Both the position numbers and the translations under genes were made by a program. Below are positions 12,780-37,862 of a DNA stretch of 64,000 bases, piece by piece. The stretch's first letter is position 1, and each line of letters begins with the position of its first letter. The notes under the pieces are model-generated. The model saw nothing but the letters and a program-made list of their open reading frames with translations. It did no database searches and was not told the origin of the DNA. Origin of the DNA: Macrostomum lignano (Eukaryota); contig NIVC01002114.1 in NCBI GenBank assembly GCA_002269645.1, positions 85,441 through 149,440 of the forward strand, written 5' to 3'.

Positions 12780-13878
12780 TTATGATTATATTTGATTTCA
12801 TAATGTGTCCAACAACAAACAACTCGTGAAATCCAGTTGGGCAAGAAAAGATTCGTGCCTGTCTGTTGCAGATTTAAAATGCACGATTCGAAATTTTATT
12901 TCAATGTAGAAATTTATGCTACCTTAGGTTAATTAAAATTTATGAAGCAAATAAATACAAACTAAAAAGCTAAGTGGAGAAACTGACAAGAAGCGCAGGA
13001 GAAAATATGAAACTAATGGATTGATTGGGAAGAGGATTTCAACTTCTCGCGTGTTAGCCACTGGATATTGCACACTTTTGAGCAGTGGCACAGCAGAATA
13101 ACAGAATAGACAGATAAAAAATAAATGTGTTAATACGCCCGTATATGCCAATTTTACTTACTACAAGATGATTTAAAATATCAGGATCAAAAAATTCTAC
13201 AGCAATCAACGCGTACGCTCGTATCAGAGCGTCTGTTTACTGGTGGAAGGTCTTTTATTTTTGGAAAAGTTCACGTTCAGCCGGTTCAGGCAGGCTGTTT
13301 TTCTCTCACCGATTCCATATAGTGTCACTTTATTTGCACCTAAAATGCACCTTGTAAGAATATCATTCATTGAAGTTGGCTCAAGAATTCTTTGTTCCGT
13401 GCTTCTTTGTTCTTTGTGTTTTGCTTTAAAATGTCCCTAAGTTGGGGGTGGGGGACTAAATTCATTCTCAGTTAACCCGAAAGCAAGCATACGCTATATA
13501 TGTTGTACAGAGCTAGTATAGAATAATGCTATAGCATATGCTTGGCTGCAATTCCCACGATGCTTCAATATAGCTTCTTGATAAGAACAGATCTTATCTT
13601 TTATCAACCTTCTGACCAGGAAATATTCTCGTCGATCAATGAACTTGCTTTTGGTTAGAACTATATGCGCTTTGGCCTTGCTTTGCTTCTATAAACTAGG
13701 AGGTAACATGGTACAAATAAATTCATTCATTTCATGAATATGAAAAAAACCAGCTGCACAAAAATTATTGTTTTTTTCTATTGAATACAAAAAACAGAAA
13801 AAAACTAATGAATTCGAAGAACAGCGAGCTACACGGTAAATTACAAAAGCGGGGAATAAATTGAGGGGCCGTAAATAA

Positions 13879-14097
13879 TTATTCGCATCCTATAGTGTGC
13901 AACAGTGGAAAGGCAACCAACTTGCCATTTAGAGCGATAACAAGCGCTTTGCAGTGAAGTTCATCAATGCCTAGTATGCAACGGGTATCTGACAGGCTGC
14001 TCACAACAGAAATCATGTTGGTTTGGAAAGAGTTCACTGGGGTGTTATAAAGAGGCTCAGATGAGCGGAAGCGTCGCACATGCAAGTAGCAGGAATT
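13879..14097 (-). pseudogene. C-terminal fragment of a CACTA/EnSpm (CMC)-like transposase
   Basis: ...PLYNTPVNS...IDELHCKALVIALNGKLVAFPLLHT resembles the (F/Y)xxPxxS...K(C/A)...PLLH terminus of animal CMC-type transposases; co-oriented upstream of the DUF4806-like gene; catalytic core not found. Confidence 0.5.
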
Positions 14098-17000
14098 CCG
14101 GGAAAATGGGCAAATCCGGGAAAATCAATCAGGAATTGCCAAGCTGTATCAATAGCCTCAGCTTTGGGATTCTACACATCATTAGAGTGTGCCAGTCGGT
14201 ATCAGCCGCAGAAAGAATCGTGTCTCTAGATTAATCCGCTTTCCAGATATTCGAAGGCGGCGATTCGGGAAAATTCTAATGCATTCAAATGGGCAAATCC
14301 GGGAAAATCAATCAGGAATTGCCAAGCTGTATCAGTAGCCTCAGCTTTGGGATTCTACACATCATTAGAGTGTGCCAGTCGGTATCAGCCGCAGAAAGAA
14401 TCGTGTCTCTAGATTAATCCGCTTTCCAGATATTCGAAGGCGGCGATTCGGGAAAATTCTAATGCATTCAAATGGGCAAATCCGGGAAAATCAATCAGGA
14501 ATTGCCAAGCTGTATCAGTAGCCTCAGCTTTGGGATTCTACACATCATTAGAGTGTGCCAGTCGGTATCAGCCGCAGAAAGAATCGTGTCTCTAGATTAA
14601 TCCGCTTTCCAGATATTCGAAGGCGGCGATTCGGGAAAATTCTAATGCATTCAAATGGGCAAATCCGGGAAAATCAATCAGGAATTGCCAAGCTGTATCA
14701 GTAGCCTCAGCTTTGGGATTCTACACATCATTAGAGTGTGCCAGTCGGTATCAGCCGCAGAAAGAATCGTGTCTCTAGATTAATCCGCTTTCCAGATATT
14801 CGAAGGCGGCGATTCGGGAAAATTCTAATGCATTCAAATGGGCAAATCCGGGAAAATCAATCAGGAATTGCCAAGCTGTATCAGTAGCCTCAGCTTTGGG
14901 ATTCTACACATCATTAGAGTGTGCCAGTCGGTATCAGCCGCAGAAAGAATCGTGTCTCTAGATTAATCCGCTTTCCAGATATTCGAAGGCGGCGATTCGG
15001 GAAAATTCTAATGCATTCAAATGGGCAAATCCGGGAAAATCAATCAGGAATTGCCAAGCTGTATCAGTAGCCTCAGCTTTGGGATTCTACACATCATTAG
15101 AGTGTGCCAGTCGGTATCAGCCGCAGAAAGAATCGTGTCTCTAGATTAATCCGCTTTCCAGATATTCGAAGGCGGCGATTCGGGAAAATTCTAATGCATT
15201 CAAATGGGCAAATCCGGGAAAATCAATCAGGAATTGCCAAGCTGTATCAGTAGCCTCAGCTTTGGGATTCTACACATCATTAGAGTGTGCCAGTCGGTAT
15301 CAGCCGCAGAAAGAATCGTGTCTCTAGATTAATCCGCTTTCCAGATATTCGAAGGCGGCGATTCGGGAAAATTCTAATGCATTCAAATGGGCAAATCCGG
15401 GAAAATCAATCAGGAATTGCCAAGCTGTATCAGTAGCCTCAGCTTTGGGATTCTACACATCATTAGAGTGTGCCAGTCGGTATCAGCCGCAGAAAGAATC
15501 GTGTCTCTAGATTAATCCGCTTTCCAGATATTCGAAGGCGGCGATTCGGGAAAATTCTAATGCATTCAAATGGGCAAATCCGGGAAAATCAATCAGGAAT
15601 TGCCAAGCTGTATCAGTAGCCTCAGCTTTGGGATTCTACACATCATTAGAGTGTGCCAGTCGGTATCAGCCGCAGAAAGAATCGTGTCTCTAGATTAATC
15701 CGCTTTCCAGATATTCGAAGGCGGCGATTCGGGAAAATTCTAATGCATTCAAATGGGCAAATCCGGGAAAATCAATCAGGAATTGCCAAGCTGTATCAGT
15801 AGCCTCAGCTTTGGGATTCTACACATCATTAGAGTGTGCCAGTCGGTATCAGCCGCAGAAAGAATCGTGTCTCTAGATTAATCCGCTTTCCAGATATTCG
15901 AAGGCGGCGATTCGGGAAATTCTAATGCATTCAAATGGGCAAATCCGGGAAAATCAATCAGGAATTGCCAAGCTGTATCAGTAGCCTCAGCTTTGGGATT
16001 CTACACATCATTAGAGTGTGCCAGTCGGTATCAGCCGCAGAAAGAATCGTGTCTCTAGATTAATCCGCTTTCCAGATATTCGAAGGCGGCGATTCGGGAA
16101 AATTCTAATGCATTCAAATGGGCAAATCCGGGAAAATCAATCAGGAATTGCCAAGCTGTATCAGTAGCCTCAGCTTTGGGATTCTACACATCATTAGAGT
16201 GTGCCAGTCGGTATCAGCCGCAGAAAGAATCGTGTCTCTAGATTAATCCGCTTTCCAGATATTCGAAGGCGGCGATTCGGGAAAATTCTAATGCATTCAA
16301 ATGGGCAAATCCGGGAAAATCAATCAGGAATTGCCAAGCTGTATCAGTAGCCTCAGCTTTGGGATTCTACACATCATTAGAGTGTGCCAGTCGGTATCAG
16401 CCGCAGAAAGAATCGTGTCTCTAGATTAATCCGCTTTCCAGATATTCGAAGGCGGCGATTCGGGAAAATTCTAATGCATTCAAATGGGCAAATCCGGGAA
16501 AATCAATCAGGAATTGCCAAGCTGTATCAGTAGCCTCAGCTTTGGGATTCTACACATCATTAGAGTGTGCCAGTCGGTATCAGCCGCAGAAAGAATCGTG
16601 TCTCTAGATTAATCCGCTTTCCAGATATTCGAAGGCGGCGATTCGGGAAAATTCTAATGCATTCAAATGGGCAAATCCGGGAAAATCAATCAGGAATTGC
16701 CAAGCTGTATCAGTAGCCTCAGCTTTGGGATTCTACACATCATTAGAGTGTGCCAGTCGGTATCAGCCGCAGAAAGAATCGTGTCTCTAGATTAATCCGC
16801 TTTCCAGATATTCGAAGGCGGCGATTCGGGAAAATTCTAATGCATTCAAATGGGCAAATCCGGGAAAATCAATCAGGAATTGCCAAGCTGTATCAGTAGC
16901 CTCAGCTTTGGGATTCTACACATCATTAGAGTGTGCCAGTCGGTATCAGCCGCAGAAAGAATCGTGTCTCTAGATTAATCCGCTTTCCAGATATTCGAAG

Positions 17001-20000
17001 GCGGCGATTCGGGAAAATTCTAATGCATTCAAATGGGCAAATCCGGGAAAATCAATCAGGAATTGCCAAGCTGTATCAGTAGCCTCAGCTTTGGGATTCT
17101 ACACATCATTAGAGTGTGCCAGTCGGTATCAGCCGCAGAAAGAATCGTGTCTCTAGATTAATCCGCTTTCCAGATATTCGAAGGCGGCGATTCGGGAAAA
17201 TTCTAATGCATTCAAATGGGCAAATCCGGGAAAATCAATCAGGAATTGCCAAGCTGTATCAGTAGCCTCAGCTTTGGGATTCTACACATCATTAGAGTGT
17301 GCCAGTCGGTATCAGCCGCAGAAAGAATCGTGTCTCTAGATTAATCCGCTTTCCAGATATTCGAAGGCGGCGATTCGGGAAAATTCTAATGCATTCAAAT
17401 GGGCAAATCCGGGAAAATCAATCAGGAATTGCCAAGCTGTATCAGTAGCCTCAGCTTTGGGATTCTACACATCATTAGAGTGTGCCAGTCGGTATCAGCC
17501 GCAGAAAGAATCGTGTCTCTAGATTAATCCGCTTTCCAGATATTCGAAGGCGGCGATTCGGGAAAATTCTAATGCATTCAAATGGGCAAATCCGGGAAAA
17601 TCAATCAGGAATTGCCAAGCTGTATCAGTAGCCTCAGCTTTGGGATTCTACACATCATTAGAGTGTGCCAGTCGGTATCAGCCGCAGAAAGAATCGTGTC
17701 TCTAGATTAATCCGCTTTCCAGATATTCGAAGGCGGCGATTCGGGAAAATTCTAATGCATTCAAATGGGCAAATCCGGGAAAATCAATCAGGAATTGCCA
17801 AGCTGTATCAGTAGCCTCAGCTTTGGGATTCTACACATCATTAGAGTGTGCCAGTCGGTATCAGCCGCAGAAAGAATCGTGTCTCTAGATTAATCCGCTT
17901 TCCAGATATTCGAAGGCGGCGATTCGGGAAAATTCTAATGCATTCAAATGGGCAAATCCGGGAAAATCAATCAGGAATTGCCAAGCTGTATCAGTAGCCT
18001 CAGCTTTGGGATTCTACACATCATTAGAGTGTGCCAGTCGGTATCAGCCGCAGAAAGAATCGTGTCTCTAGATTAATCCGCTTTCCAGATATTCGAAGGC
18101 GGCGATTCGGGAAAATTCTAATGCATTCAAATGGGCAAATCCGGGAAAATCAATCAGGAATTGCCAAGCTGTATCAGTAGCCTCAGCTTTGGGATTCTAC
18201 ACATCATTAGAGTGTGCCAGTCGGTATCAGCCGCAGAAAGAATCGTGTCTCTAGATTAATCCGCTTTCCAGATATTCGAAGGCGGCGATTCGGGAAAATT
18301 CTAATGCATTCAAATGGGCAAATCCGGGAAAATCAATCAGGAATTGCCAAGCTGTATCAGTAGCCTCAGCTTTGGGATTCTACACATCATTAGAGTGTGC
18401 CAGTCGGTATCAGCCGCAGAAAGAATCGTGTCTCTAGATTAATCCGCTTTCCAGATATTCGAAGGCGGCGATTCGGGAAAATTCTAATGCATTCAAATGG
18501 GCAAATCCGGGAAAATCAATCAGGAATTGCCAAGCTGTATCAGTAGCCTCAGCTTTGGGATTCTACACATCATTAGAGTGTGCCAGTCGGTATCAGCCGC
18601 AGAAAGAATCGTGTCTCTAGATTAATCCGCTTTCCAGATATTCGAAGGCGGCGATTCGGGAAAATTCTAATGCATTCAAATGGGCAAATCCGGGAAAATC
18701 AATCAGGAATTGCCAAGCTGTATCAGTAGCCTCAGCTTTGGGATTCTACACATCATTAGAGTGTGCCAGTCGGTATCAGCCGCAGAAAGAATCGTGTCTC
18801 TAGATTAATCCGCTTTCCAGATATTCGAAGGCGGCGATTCGGGAAAATTCTAATGCATTCAAATGGGCAAATCCGGGAAAATCAATCAGGAATTGCCAAG
18901 CTGTATCAGTAGCCTCAGCTTTGGGATTCTACACATCATTAGAGTGTGCCAGTCGGTATCAGCCGCAGAAAGAATCGTGTCTCTAGATTAATCCGCTTTC
19001 CAGATATTCGAAGGCGGCGATTCGGGAAAATTCTAATGCATTCAAATGGGCAAATCCGGGAAAATCAATCAGGAATTGCCAAGCTGTATCAGTAGCCTCA
19101 GCTTTGGGATTCTACACATCATTAGAGTGTGCCAGTCGGTATCAGCCGCAGAAAGAATCGTGTCTCTAGATTAATCCGCTTTCCAGATATTCGAAGGCGG
19201 CGATTCGGGAAAATTCTAATGCATTCAAATGGGCAAATCCGGGAAAATCAATCAGGAATTGCCAAGCTGTATCAGTAGCCTCAGCTTTGGGATTCTACAC
19301 ATCATTAGAGTGTGCCAGTCGGTATCAGCCGCAGAAAGAATCGTGTCTCTAGATTAATCCGCTTTCCAGATATTCGAAGGCGGCGATTCGGGAAAATTCT
19401 AATGCATTCAAATGGGCAAATCCGGGAAAATCAATCAGGAATTGCCAAGCTGTATCAGTAGCCTCAGCTTTGGGATTCTACACATCATTAGAGTGTGCCA
19501 GTCGGTATCAGCCGCAGAAAGAATCGTGTCTCTAGATTAATCCGCTTTCCAGATATTCGAAGGCGGCGATTCGGGAAAATTCTAATGCATTCAAATGGGC
19601 AAATCCGGGAAAATCAATCAGGAATTGCCAAGCTGTATCAGTAGCCTCAGCTTTGGGATTCTACACATCATTAGAGTGTGCCAGTCGGTATCAGCCGCAG
19701 AAAGAATCGTGTCTCTAGATTAATCCGCTTTCCAGATATTCGAAGGCGGCGATTCGGGAAAATTCTAATGCATTCAAATGGGCAAATCCGGGAAAATCAA
19801 TCAGGAATTGCCAAGCTGTATCAGTAGCCTCAGCTTTGGGATTCTACACATCATTAGAGTGTGCCAGTCGGTATCAGCCGCAGAAAGAATCGTGTCTCTA
19901 GATTAATCCGCTTTCCAGATATTCGAAGGCGGCGATTCGGGAAAATTCTAATGCATTCAAATGGGCAAATCCGGGAAAATCAATCAGGAATTGCCAAGCT

Positions 20001-23000
20001 GTATCAGTAGCCTCAGCTTTGGGATTCTACACATCATTAGAGTGTGCCAGTCGGTATCAGCCGCAGAAAGAATCGTGTCTCTAGATTAATCCGCTTTCCA
20101 GATATTCGAAGGCGGCGATTCGGGAAAATTCTAATGCATTCAAATGGGCAAATCCGGGAAAATCAATCAGGAATTGCCAAGCTGTATCAGTAGCCTCAGC
20201 TTTGGGATTCTACACATCATTAGAGTGTGCCAGTCGGTATCAGCCGCAGAAAGAATCGTGTCTCTAGATTAATCCGCTTTCCAGATATTCGAAGGCGGCG
20301 ATTCGGGAAAATTCTAATGCATTCAAATGGGCAAATCCGGGAAAATCAATCAGGAATTGCCAAGCTGTATCAGTAGCCTCAGCTTTGGGATTCTACACAT
20401 CATTAGAGTGTGCCAGTCGGTATCAGCCGCAGAAAGAATCGTGTCTCTAGATTAATCCGCTTTCCAGATATTCGAAGGCGGCGATTCGGGAAAATTCTAA
20501 TGCATTCAAATGGGCAAATCCGGGAAAATCAATCAGGAATTGCCAAGCTGTATCAGTAGCCTCAGCTTTGGGATTCTACACATCATTAGAGTGTGCCAGT
20601 CGGTATCAGCCGCAGAAAGAATCGTGTCTCTAGATTAATCCGCTTTCCAGATATTCGAAGGCGGCGATTCGGGAAAATTCTAATGCATTCAAATGGGCAA
20701 ATCCGGGAAAATCAATCAGGAATTGCCAAGCTGTATCAGTAGCCTCAGCTTTGGGATTCTACACATCATTAGAGTGTGCCAGTCGGTATCAGCCGCAGAA
20801 AGAATCGTGTCTCTAGATTAATCCGCTTTCCAGATATTCGAAGGCGGCGATTCGGGAAAATTCTAATGCATTCAAATGGGCAAATCCGGGAAAATCAATC
20901 AGGAATTGCCAAGCTGTATCAGTAGCCTCAGCTTTGGGATTCTACACATCATTAGAGTGTGCCAGTCGGTATCAGCCGCAGAAAGAATCGTGTCTCTAGA
21001 TTAATCCGCTTTCCAGATATTCGAAGGCGGCGATTCGGGAAAATTCTAATGCATTCAAATGGGCAAATCCGGGAAAATCAATCAGGAATTGCCAAGCTGT
21101 ATCAGTAGCCTCAGCTTTGGGATTCTACACATCATTAGAGTGTGCCAGTCGGTATCAGCCGCAGAAAGAATCGTGTCTCTAGATTAATCCGCTTTCCAGA
21201 TATTCGAAGGCGGCGATTCGGGAAAATTCTAATGCATTCAAATGGGCAAATCCGGGAAAATCAATCAGGAATTGCCAAGCTGTATCAGTAGCCTCAGCTT
21301 TGGGATTCTACACATCATTAGAGTGTGCCAGTCGGTATCAGCCGCAGAAAGAATCGTGTCTCTAGATTAATCCGCTTTCCAGATATTCGAAGGCGGCGAT
21401 TCGGGAAAATTCTAATGCATTCAAATGGGCAAATCCGGGAAAATCAATCAGGAATTGCCAAGCTGTATCAGTAGCCTCAGCTTTGGGATTCTACACATCA
21501 TTAGAGTGTGCCAGTCGGTATCAGCCGCAGAAAGAATCGTGTCTCTAGATTAATCCGCTTTCCAGATATTCGAAGGCGGCGATTCGGGAAAATTCTAATG
21601 CATTCAAATGGGCAAATCCGGGAAAATCAATCAGGAATTGCCAAGCTGTATCAGTAGCCTCAGCTTTGGGATTCTACACATCATTAGAGTGTGCCAGTCG
21701 GTATCAGCCGCAGAAAGAATCGTGTCTCTAGATTAATCCGCTTTCCAGATATTCGAAGGCGGCGATTCGGGAAAATTCTAATGCATTCAAATGGGCAAAT
21801 CCGGGAAAATCAATCAGGAATTGCCAAGCTGTATCAGTAGCCTCAGCTTTGGGATTCTACACATCATTAGAGTGTGCCAGTCGGTATCAGCCGCAGAAAG
21901 AATCGTGTCTCTAGATTAATCCGCTTTCCAGATATTCGAAGGCGGCGATTCGGGAAAATTCTAATGCATTCAAATGGGCAAATCCGGGAAAATCAATCAG
22001 GAATTGCCAAGCTGTATCAGTAGCCTCAGCTTTGGGATTCTACACATCATTAGAGTGTGCCAGTCGGTATCAGCCGCAGAAAGAATCGTGTCTCTAGATT
22101 AATCCGCTTTCCAGATATTCGAAGGCGGCGATTCGGGAAAATTCTAATGCATTCAAATGGGCAAATCCGGGAAAATCAATCAGGAATTGCCAAGCTGTAT
22201 CAGTAGCCTCAGCTTTGGGATTCTACACATCATTAGAGTGTGCCAGTCGGTATCAGCCGCAGAAAGAATCGTGTCTCTAGATTAATCCGCTTTCCAGATA
22301 TTCGAAGGCGGCGATTCGGGAAAATTCTAATGCATTCAAATGGGCAAATCCGGGAAAATCAATCAGGAATTGCCAAGCTGTATCAGTAGCCTCAGCTTTG
22401 GGATTCTACACATCATTAGAGTGTGCCAGTCGGTATCAGCCGCAGAAAGAATCGTGTCTCTAGATTAATCCGCTTTCCAGATATTCGAAGGCGGCGATTC
22501 GGGAAAATTCTAATGCATTCAAATGGGCAAATCCGGGAAAATCAATCAGGAATTGCCAAGCTGTATCAGTAGCCTCAGCTTTGGGATTCTACACATCATT
22601 AGAGTGTGCCAGTCGGTATCAGCCGCAGAAAGAATCGTGTCTCTAGATTAATCCGCTTTCCAGATATTCGAAGGCGGCGATTCGGGAAAATTCTAATGCA
22701 TTCAAATGGGCAAATCCGGGAAAATCAATCAGGAATTGCCAAGCTGTATCAGTAGCCTCAGCTTTGGGATTCTACACATCATTAGAGTGTGCCAGTCGGT
22801 ATCAGCCGCAGAAAGAATCGTGTCTCTAGATTAATCCGCTTTCCAGATATTCGAAGGCGGCGATTCGGGAAAATTCTAATGCATTCAAATGGGCAAATCC
22901 GGGAAAATCAATCAGGAATTGCCAAGCTGTATCAGTAGCCTCAGCTTTGGGATTCTACACATCATTAGAGTGTGCCAGTCGGTATCAGCCGCAGAAAGAA

Positions 23001-23593
23001 TCGTGTCTCTAGATTAATCCGCTTTCCAGATATTCGAAGGCGGCGATTCGGGAAATTCTAATGCATTCAAATGGGCAAATCCGGGAAAATCAATCAGGAA
23101 TTGCCAAGCTGTATCAGTAGCCTCAGCTTTGGGATTCTACACATCATTAGAGTGTGCCAGTCGGTATCAGCCGCAGAAAGAATCGTGTCTCTAGATTAAT
23201 CCGCTTTCCAGATATTCGAAGGCGGCGATTCGGGAAAATTCTAATGCATTCAAATGGGCAAATCCGGGAAAATCAATCAGGAATTGCCAAGCTGTATCAG
23301 TAGCCTCAGCTTTGGGATTCTACACATCATTAGAGTGTGCCAGTCGGTATCAGCCGCAGAAAGAATCGTGTCTCTAGATTAATCCGCTTTCCAGATATTC
23401 GAAGGCGGCGATTCGGGAATATTCTAATGCATTCAAATGGGCAAATCCGGGAAAATCAATCAGGAATTGCCAAGCTGTATCAGTAGCCTCAGCTTTGGGA
23501 TTCTACACATCATTAGAGTGTGCCAGTCGGTATCAGCCGCAGAAAGAATCGTGTCTCTAGATTAATCCGCTTTCCAGATATTCGAAGGCGGCG
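14098..23593. repeat. 183-bp satellite array, 52 cores, nearly invariant
   Basis: Period 183 (GCATTCAAAT at 14281, 14464, 14647). Unit is a 133-nt core plus a 50-nt linker; first core at 14130, last at 23461. Confidence 0.98.
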
Positions 23594-26521
23594 TTTTGGG
23601 ATGACGTGACGAACGACGAGGACGAGGACCAGTACTCATTTTTAATTGAGAATGAGAAATTCTATTTTACAGAAAGGAACGAATGGATGCTCTACTGCAC
23701 TTAGAAGATCACGAAAGCACCCTTACAAATATAAAGGAAGTGGTTTATATTGCTTTGAAAGACAGACTTAATGCTGTAATTGGTTAGAAGGATAGGAAAT
23801 ATAGGAAAAATATTAGTGCATGGAGTTTACAGTATACACACACCTTTTGACTGTCAACTGTCACCCCACCGTGTCATTCTTTCTCTGTTGCGGTTTGGTG
23901 GGGGAGGCTGTCAGTGTTCTCTCAATTGGCCGCGCTTTAACCAATGGGAACAAATATTCTATAGAATTCCAGAACGATTCCATGGAAAAATCGTCTTTCC
24001 GTGAACCCAACTGTATTCTACAACTAATTGAGTAATCGGGTGTGATTTTCCAGTGGGTTATATTGATGCTTTCAAACGAATACTCTTTAGGACCTTACTG
24101 TCAGTAGTAGCTAACTACAACGGGCAACCATATTATACATGTATGAATACGTTTTTCACCCGACCATCAAAATCAAAATCAAAATATAAAGTTATTCGGC
24201 GCCTTCAGCAAACTGGAAACTAAGCTCATAATTAATAGTACGTGTAATGTAACTTATAACAGAAATATCTGATTCATTGTAATTGCCATCAGCTCAGCTA
24301 TAGCTGCCTGTACGCTCGTACATGTAGCAGAAAAACAGTTTCAGCTTCCGTATCGTCGTCCAGCGAATTTATTTTTTCATCTTATCTTCGAGCTACATGT
24401 ACAAAAAGCTTTGCATAATTAGTACAAGCGGGAACAGATTATCGTCTATTTTGTACAGGTATACAAACATGCGTATGATGCTACTAAAAGTAAATGTGCC
24501 GCAAATGTGCGGTATTTTCCTTCGTTGAATGTCCCACATTGTTCCAACGTTTTTTCAACAGCCCATACGACTATTCACTTTGCCCAAATATCCTTTTCGT
24601 TGGACGAACGTTTTTTGGCAGCCCGGGAGAGGTATAGGCGCCCTGAAATAATGCTCTCGATGCAGGCTCAGAGCACACACAGGGAACAGAATTTGAGAAC
24701 AAGACAAACAAAACCAAACCAACTTTATGGCTCTCTCCCTTTCTACCAGCTTTCTCAGTTCTCGCGCCTGTTCAAATCTGGTATGCGAGAGGGGTGAGGT
24801 CTGCATGCGGTCGAGACAGGACCTGCTGCTCGTCATTCTCTGTAGCATCTCGCATCAGCATCCTCTCCTCACACAGATCCCCAAATTTCTAATGGCATTC
24901 CCTCATCTGTCTAAGCGGCTCAAGCTACATTGTAAAGCATCCGGTTTAAGGCGGGCTGGGGTTAGCTGCATGTAGGCAGGCGAGAGGGCTAGAGGGGGTT
25001 AAAACCAGGCCACCAGCTGCCGCGCCGCTAAGTCCTGGAGCAGCAATGCGGAAAGGCAGACGCCGCCAACTCATTTCACACGCTTTGCTGAACTCAAACA
25101 CGCGCACAAACATGCTTAAGCAGGAATAGCAATCCCTCTATTTTCTTTATTATTGCATTTACATTTTTTGTGTTTTTTTTCTTGCAGACAGCTATTCTTT
25201 AACCGTTTGGATGCATGAGTGTGAGAATGCGATTGTAGGAATTACTGCATCGGACTACATTTCTTCAGATTAGTCTTTCACTCAAGCTGTCTCACTCTTA
25301 GAAGCATTGCTAAATAAACCCCAACTGCACGTTTGCAACAAGTCCAATCAGGAATTACACAATTAAAGAAATTTCCGTTGTGGGGGATCTACGGACAGTT
25401 GCTTCAATTTTGACTCCCGATGACAATTGACTTCTACTATTCAAAACCACCGATCAATATTCAAAATATTTTGACAGTCATCCAATGGCGGAATACCTTA
25501 ACGAAGCATTGTAACTTGTAAGCGTCATCTATGTGCTTGTGTATTCGAAACACTTACAGAATAATCGGTAATTATACTCGAAAAGTATCGACGAGGAACT
25601 TCCGAAAAAGTTCGACGTAAAAGCAGCCGCTCTCGGAGAAAAGTCAATCTAATCTTTTCCTCTTTTGAAGATGCGTATCGATCGGATTCATCCTGCAGAC
25701 TGCTCAATAATTGTCGACCAAGTTCTACCCTTCCTGCCCCAGTTCGATAAAGCCGTTGAATGCACTAGCAGCAGGACAATCCGATGGTGAATTCGAAGCT
25801 TGATCGTAGCAAGAAGTTTTCGGATGCAAATTTTCCTGGACGGAAATCGGTTTCTTCCACTCTCGCACGCATCGAGTAGCGGGAAGATTAATTCATCAAA
25901 CTGTGCTGTGGAGGAAGCCGTCAGATCGGGGTTGATGGCTTCGGTTAGCAACTGTATATATATATAGCTTGCTGGCTAGAACTGCTACCAACAAGACGAT
26001 TTCTCGTCAGTCTTTTTCCGTTAGCAACTTAAGTCAGAATCTCAATAGTAGAATCTCCCGGCGTCCCCGACTTAAGCAGATGGATTAGCCATCCATTGGA
26101 GCGAGAAATTTTCTGCAGCAAGCAGGGGAATCGGACACGACGGAAAAGGATCACGGATGCCGCCGGGACGAAAGCGTATTGACGCAGACAGATAGAGCGT
26201 AATCCTGAGCTGAGCTGATTCTTGAGCAACTCTTGCTTTCGCATGTAGCTATAACCGAGGGGTTAAATTGAGGACAGACAAGCTAGGAGGGGATTAGAGA
26301 TTTGGATTTCTAAGACTAGTTTTAAGCTATCTGTTTGTTGCAATCTTGATAAAAAGCGGATAGCAGGGGATTTTGTACAAATTCATCAAGTTATTCACGA
26401 TCCACATTAAATATCGGATAGTGAGGCTTGTTGTATGCCTGCGTTTAACTGCAATAATCACTGTCTATAGTACGGTTTTCAAACATAATTTAACATTATT
26501 TTATACCGACAGAGTTAAGAC

Positions 26522-37492
<10,971 letters not shown>

Positions 37493-37604
37493 GCCGCAAG
37501 TACTGAAATGTGGCGCCCCAGCCCCAAGCCAGACCGATAAACAGTTTGGCTTTCCTCTTGACGGCTTGTGTCTGACTTAGGCCTTTTTCCTTCGGTTCTC
37601 TCAT

Positions 37605-37785
37605 TGGCTGAGCCAGATTGGACCTGCCCCCTAGGCCGAGTTTCGTCTGTCTGACTTTGCTCTCTCTCTCTGTCTCTCTCTCTCTCTGTCTCTTTCTGTC
37701 TCTCTCTCTCTCTCCTTACTGCTCTCTCATTGGCTGAGCTAGATTGGGCCTGCCCCCCTAGGCCGAGTTTCGTCTGTCTGACTTT

Positions 37786-37822
<37 letters not shown>

Positions 37823-37862
37823 GTCTGTCTCTCTCTCACTCTCTCTCTCTCACTGCTCTCTG
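37605..37862. repeat. Two-copy duplication (~120 bp) with (CT)n tracts, 3' of the protocadherin
   Basis: CATTGGCTGAGC.AGATTGG.CCTGCCCCC.TAGGCCGAGTTTCGTCTGTCTGACTTTGCTCTCTC occurs twice, each followed by (CT)n. Confidence 0.8.

Noticed and set aside
14098-23593. CRISPR-like repeat/spacer array
   Set aside because: Both alternating parts are invariant, the unit is 183 bp, there are no cas genes, and the context is eukaryotic.
23780-26300. Short ORFs between the satellite and the protocadherin
   Set aside because: No homology cues; more likely promoter or 5'-UTR of the protocadherin, which I cannot delimit.
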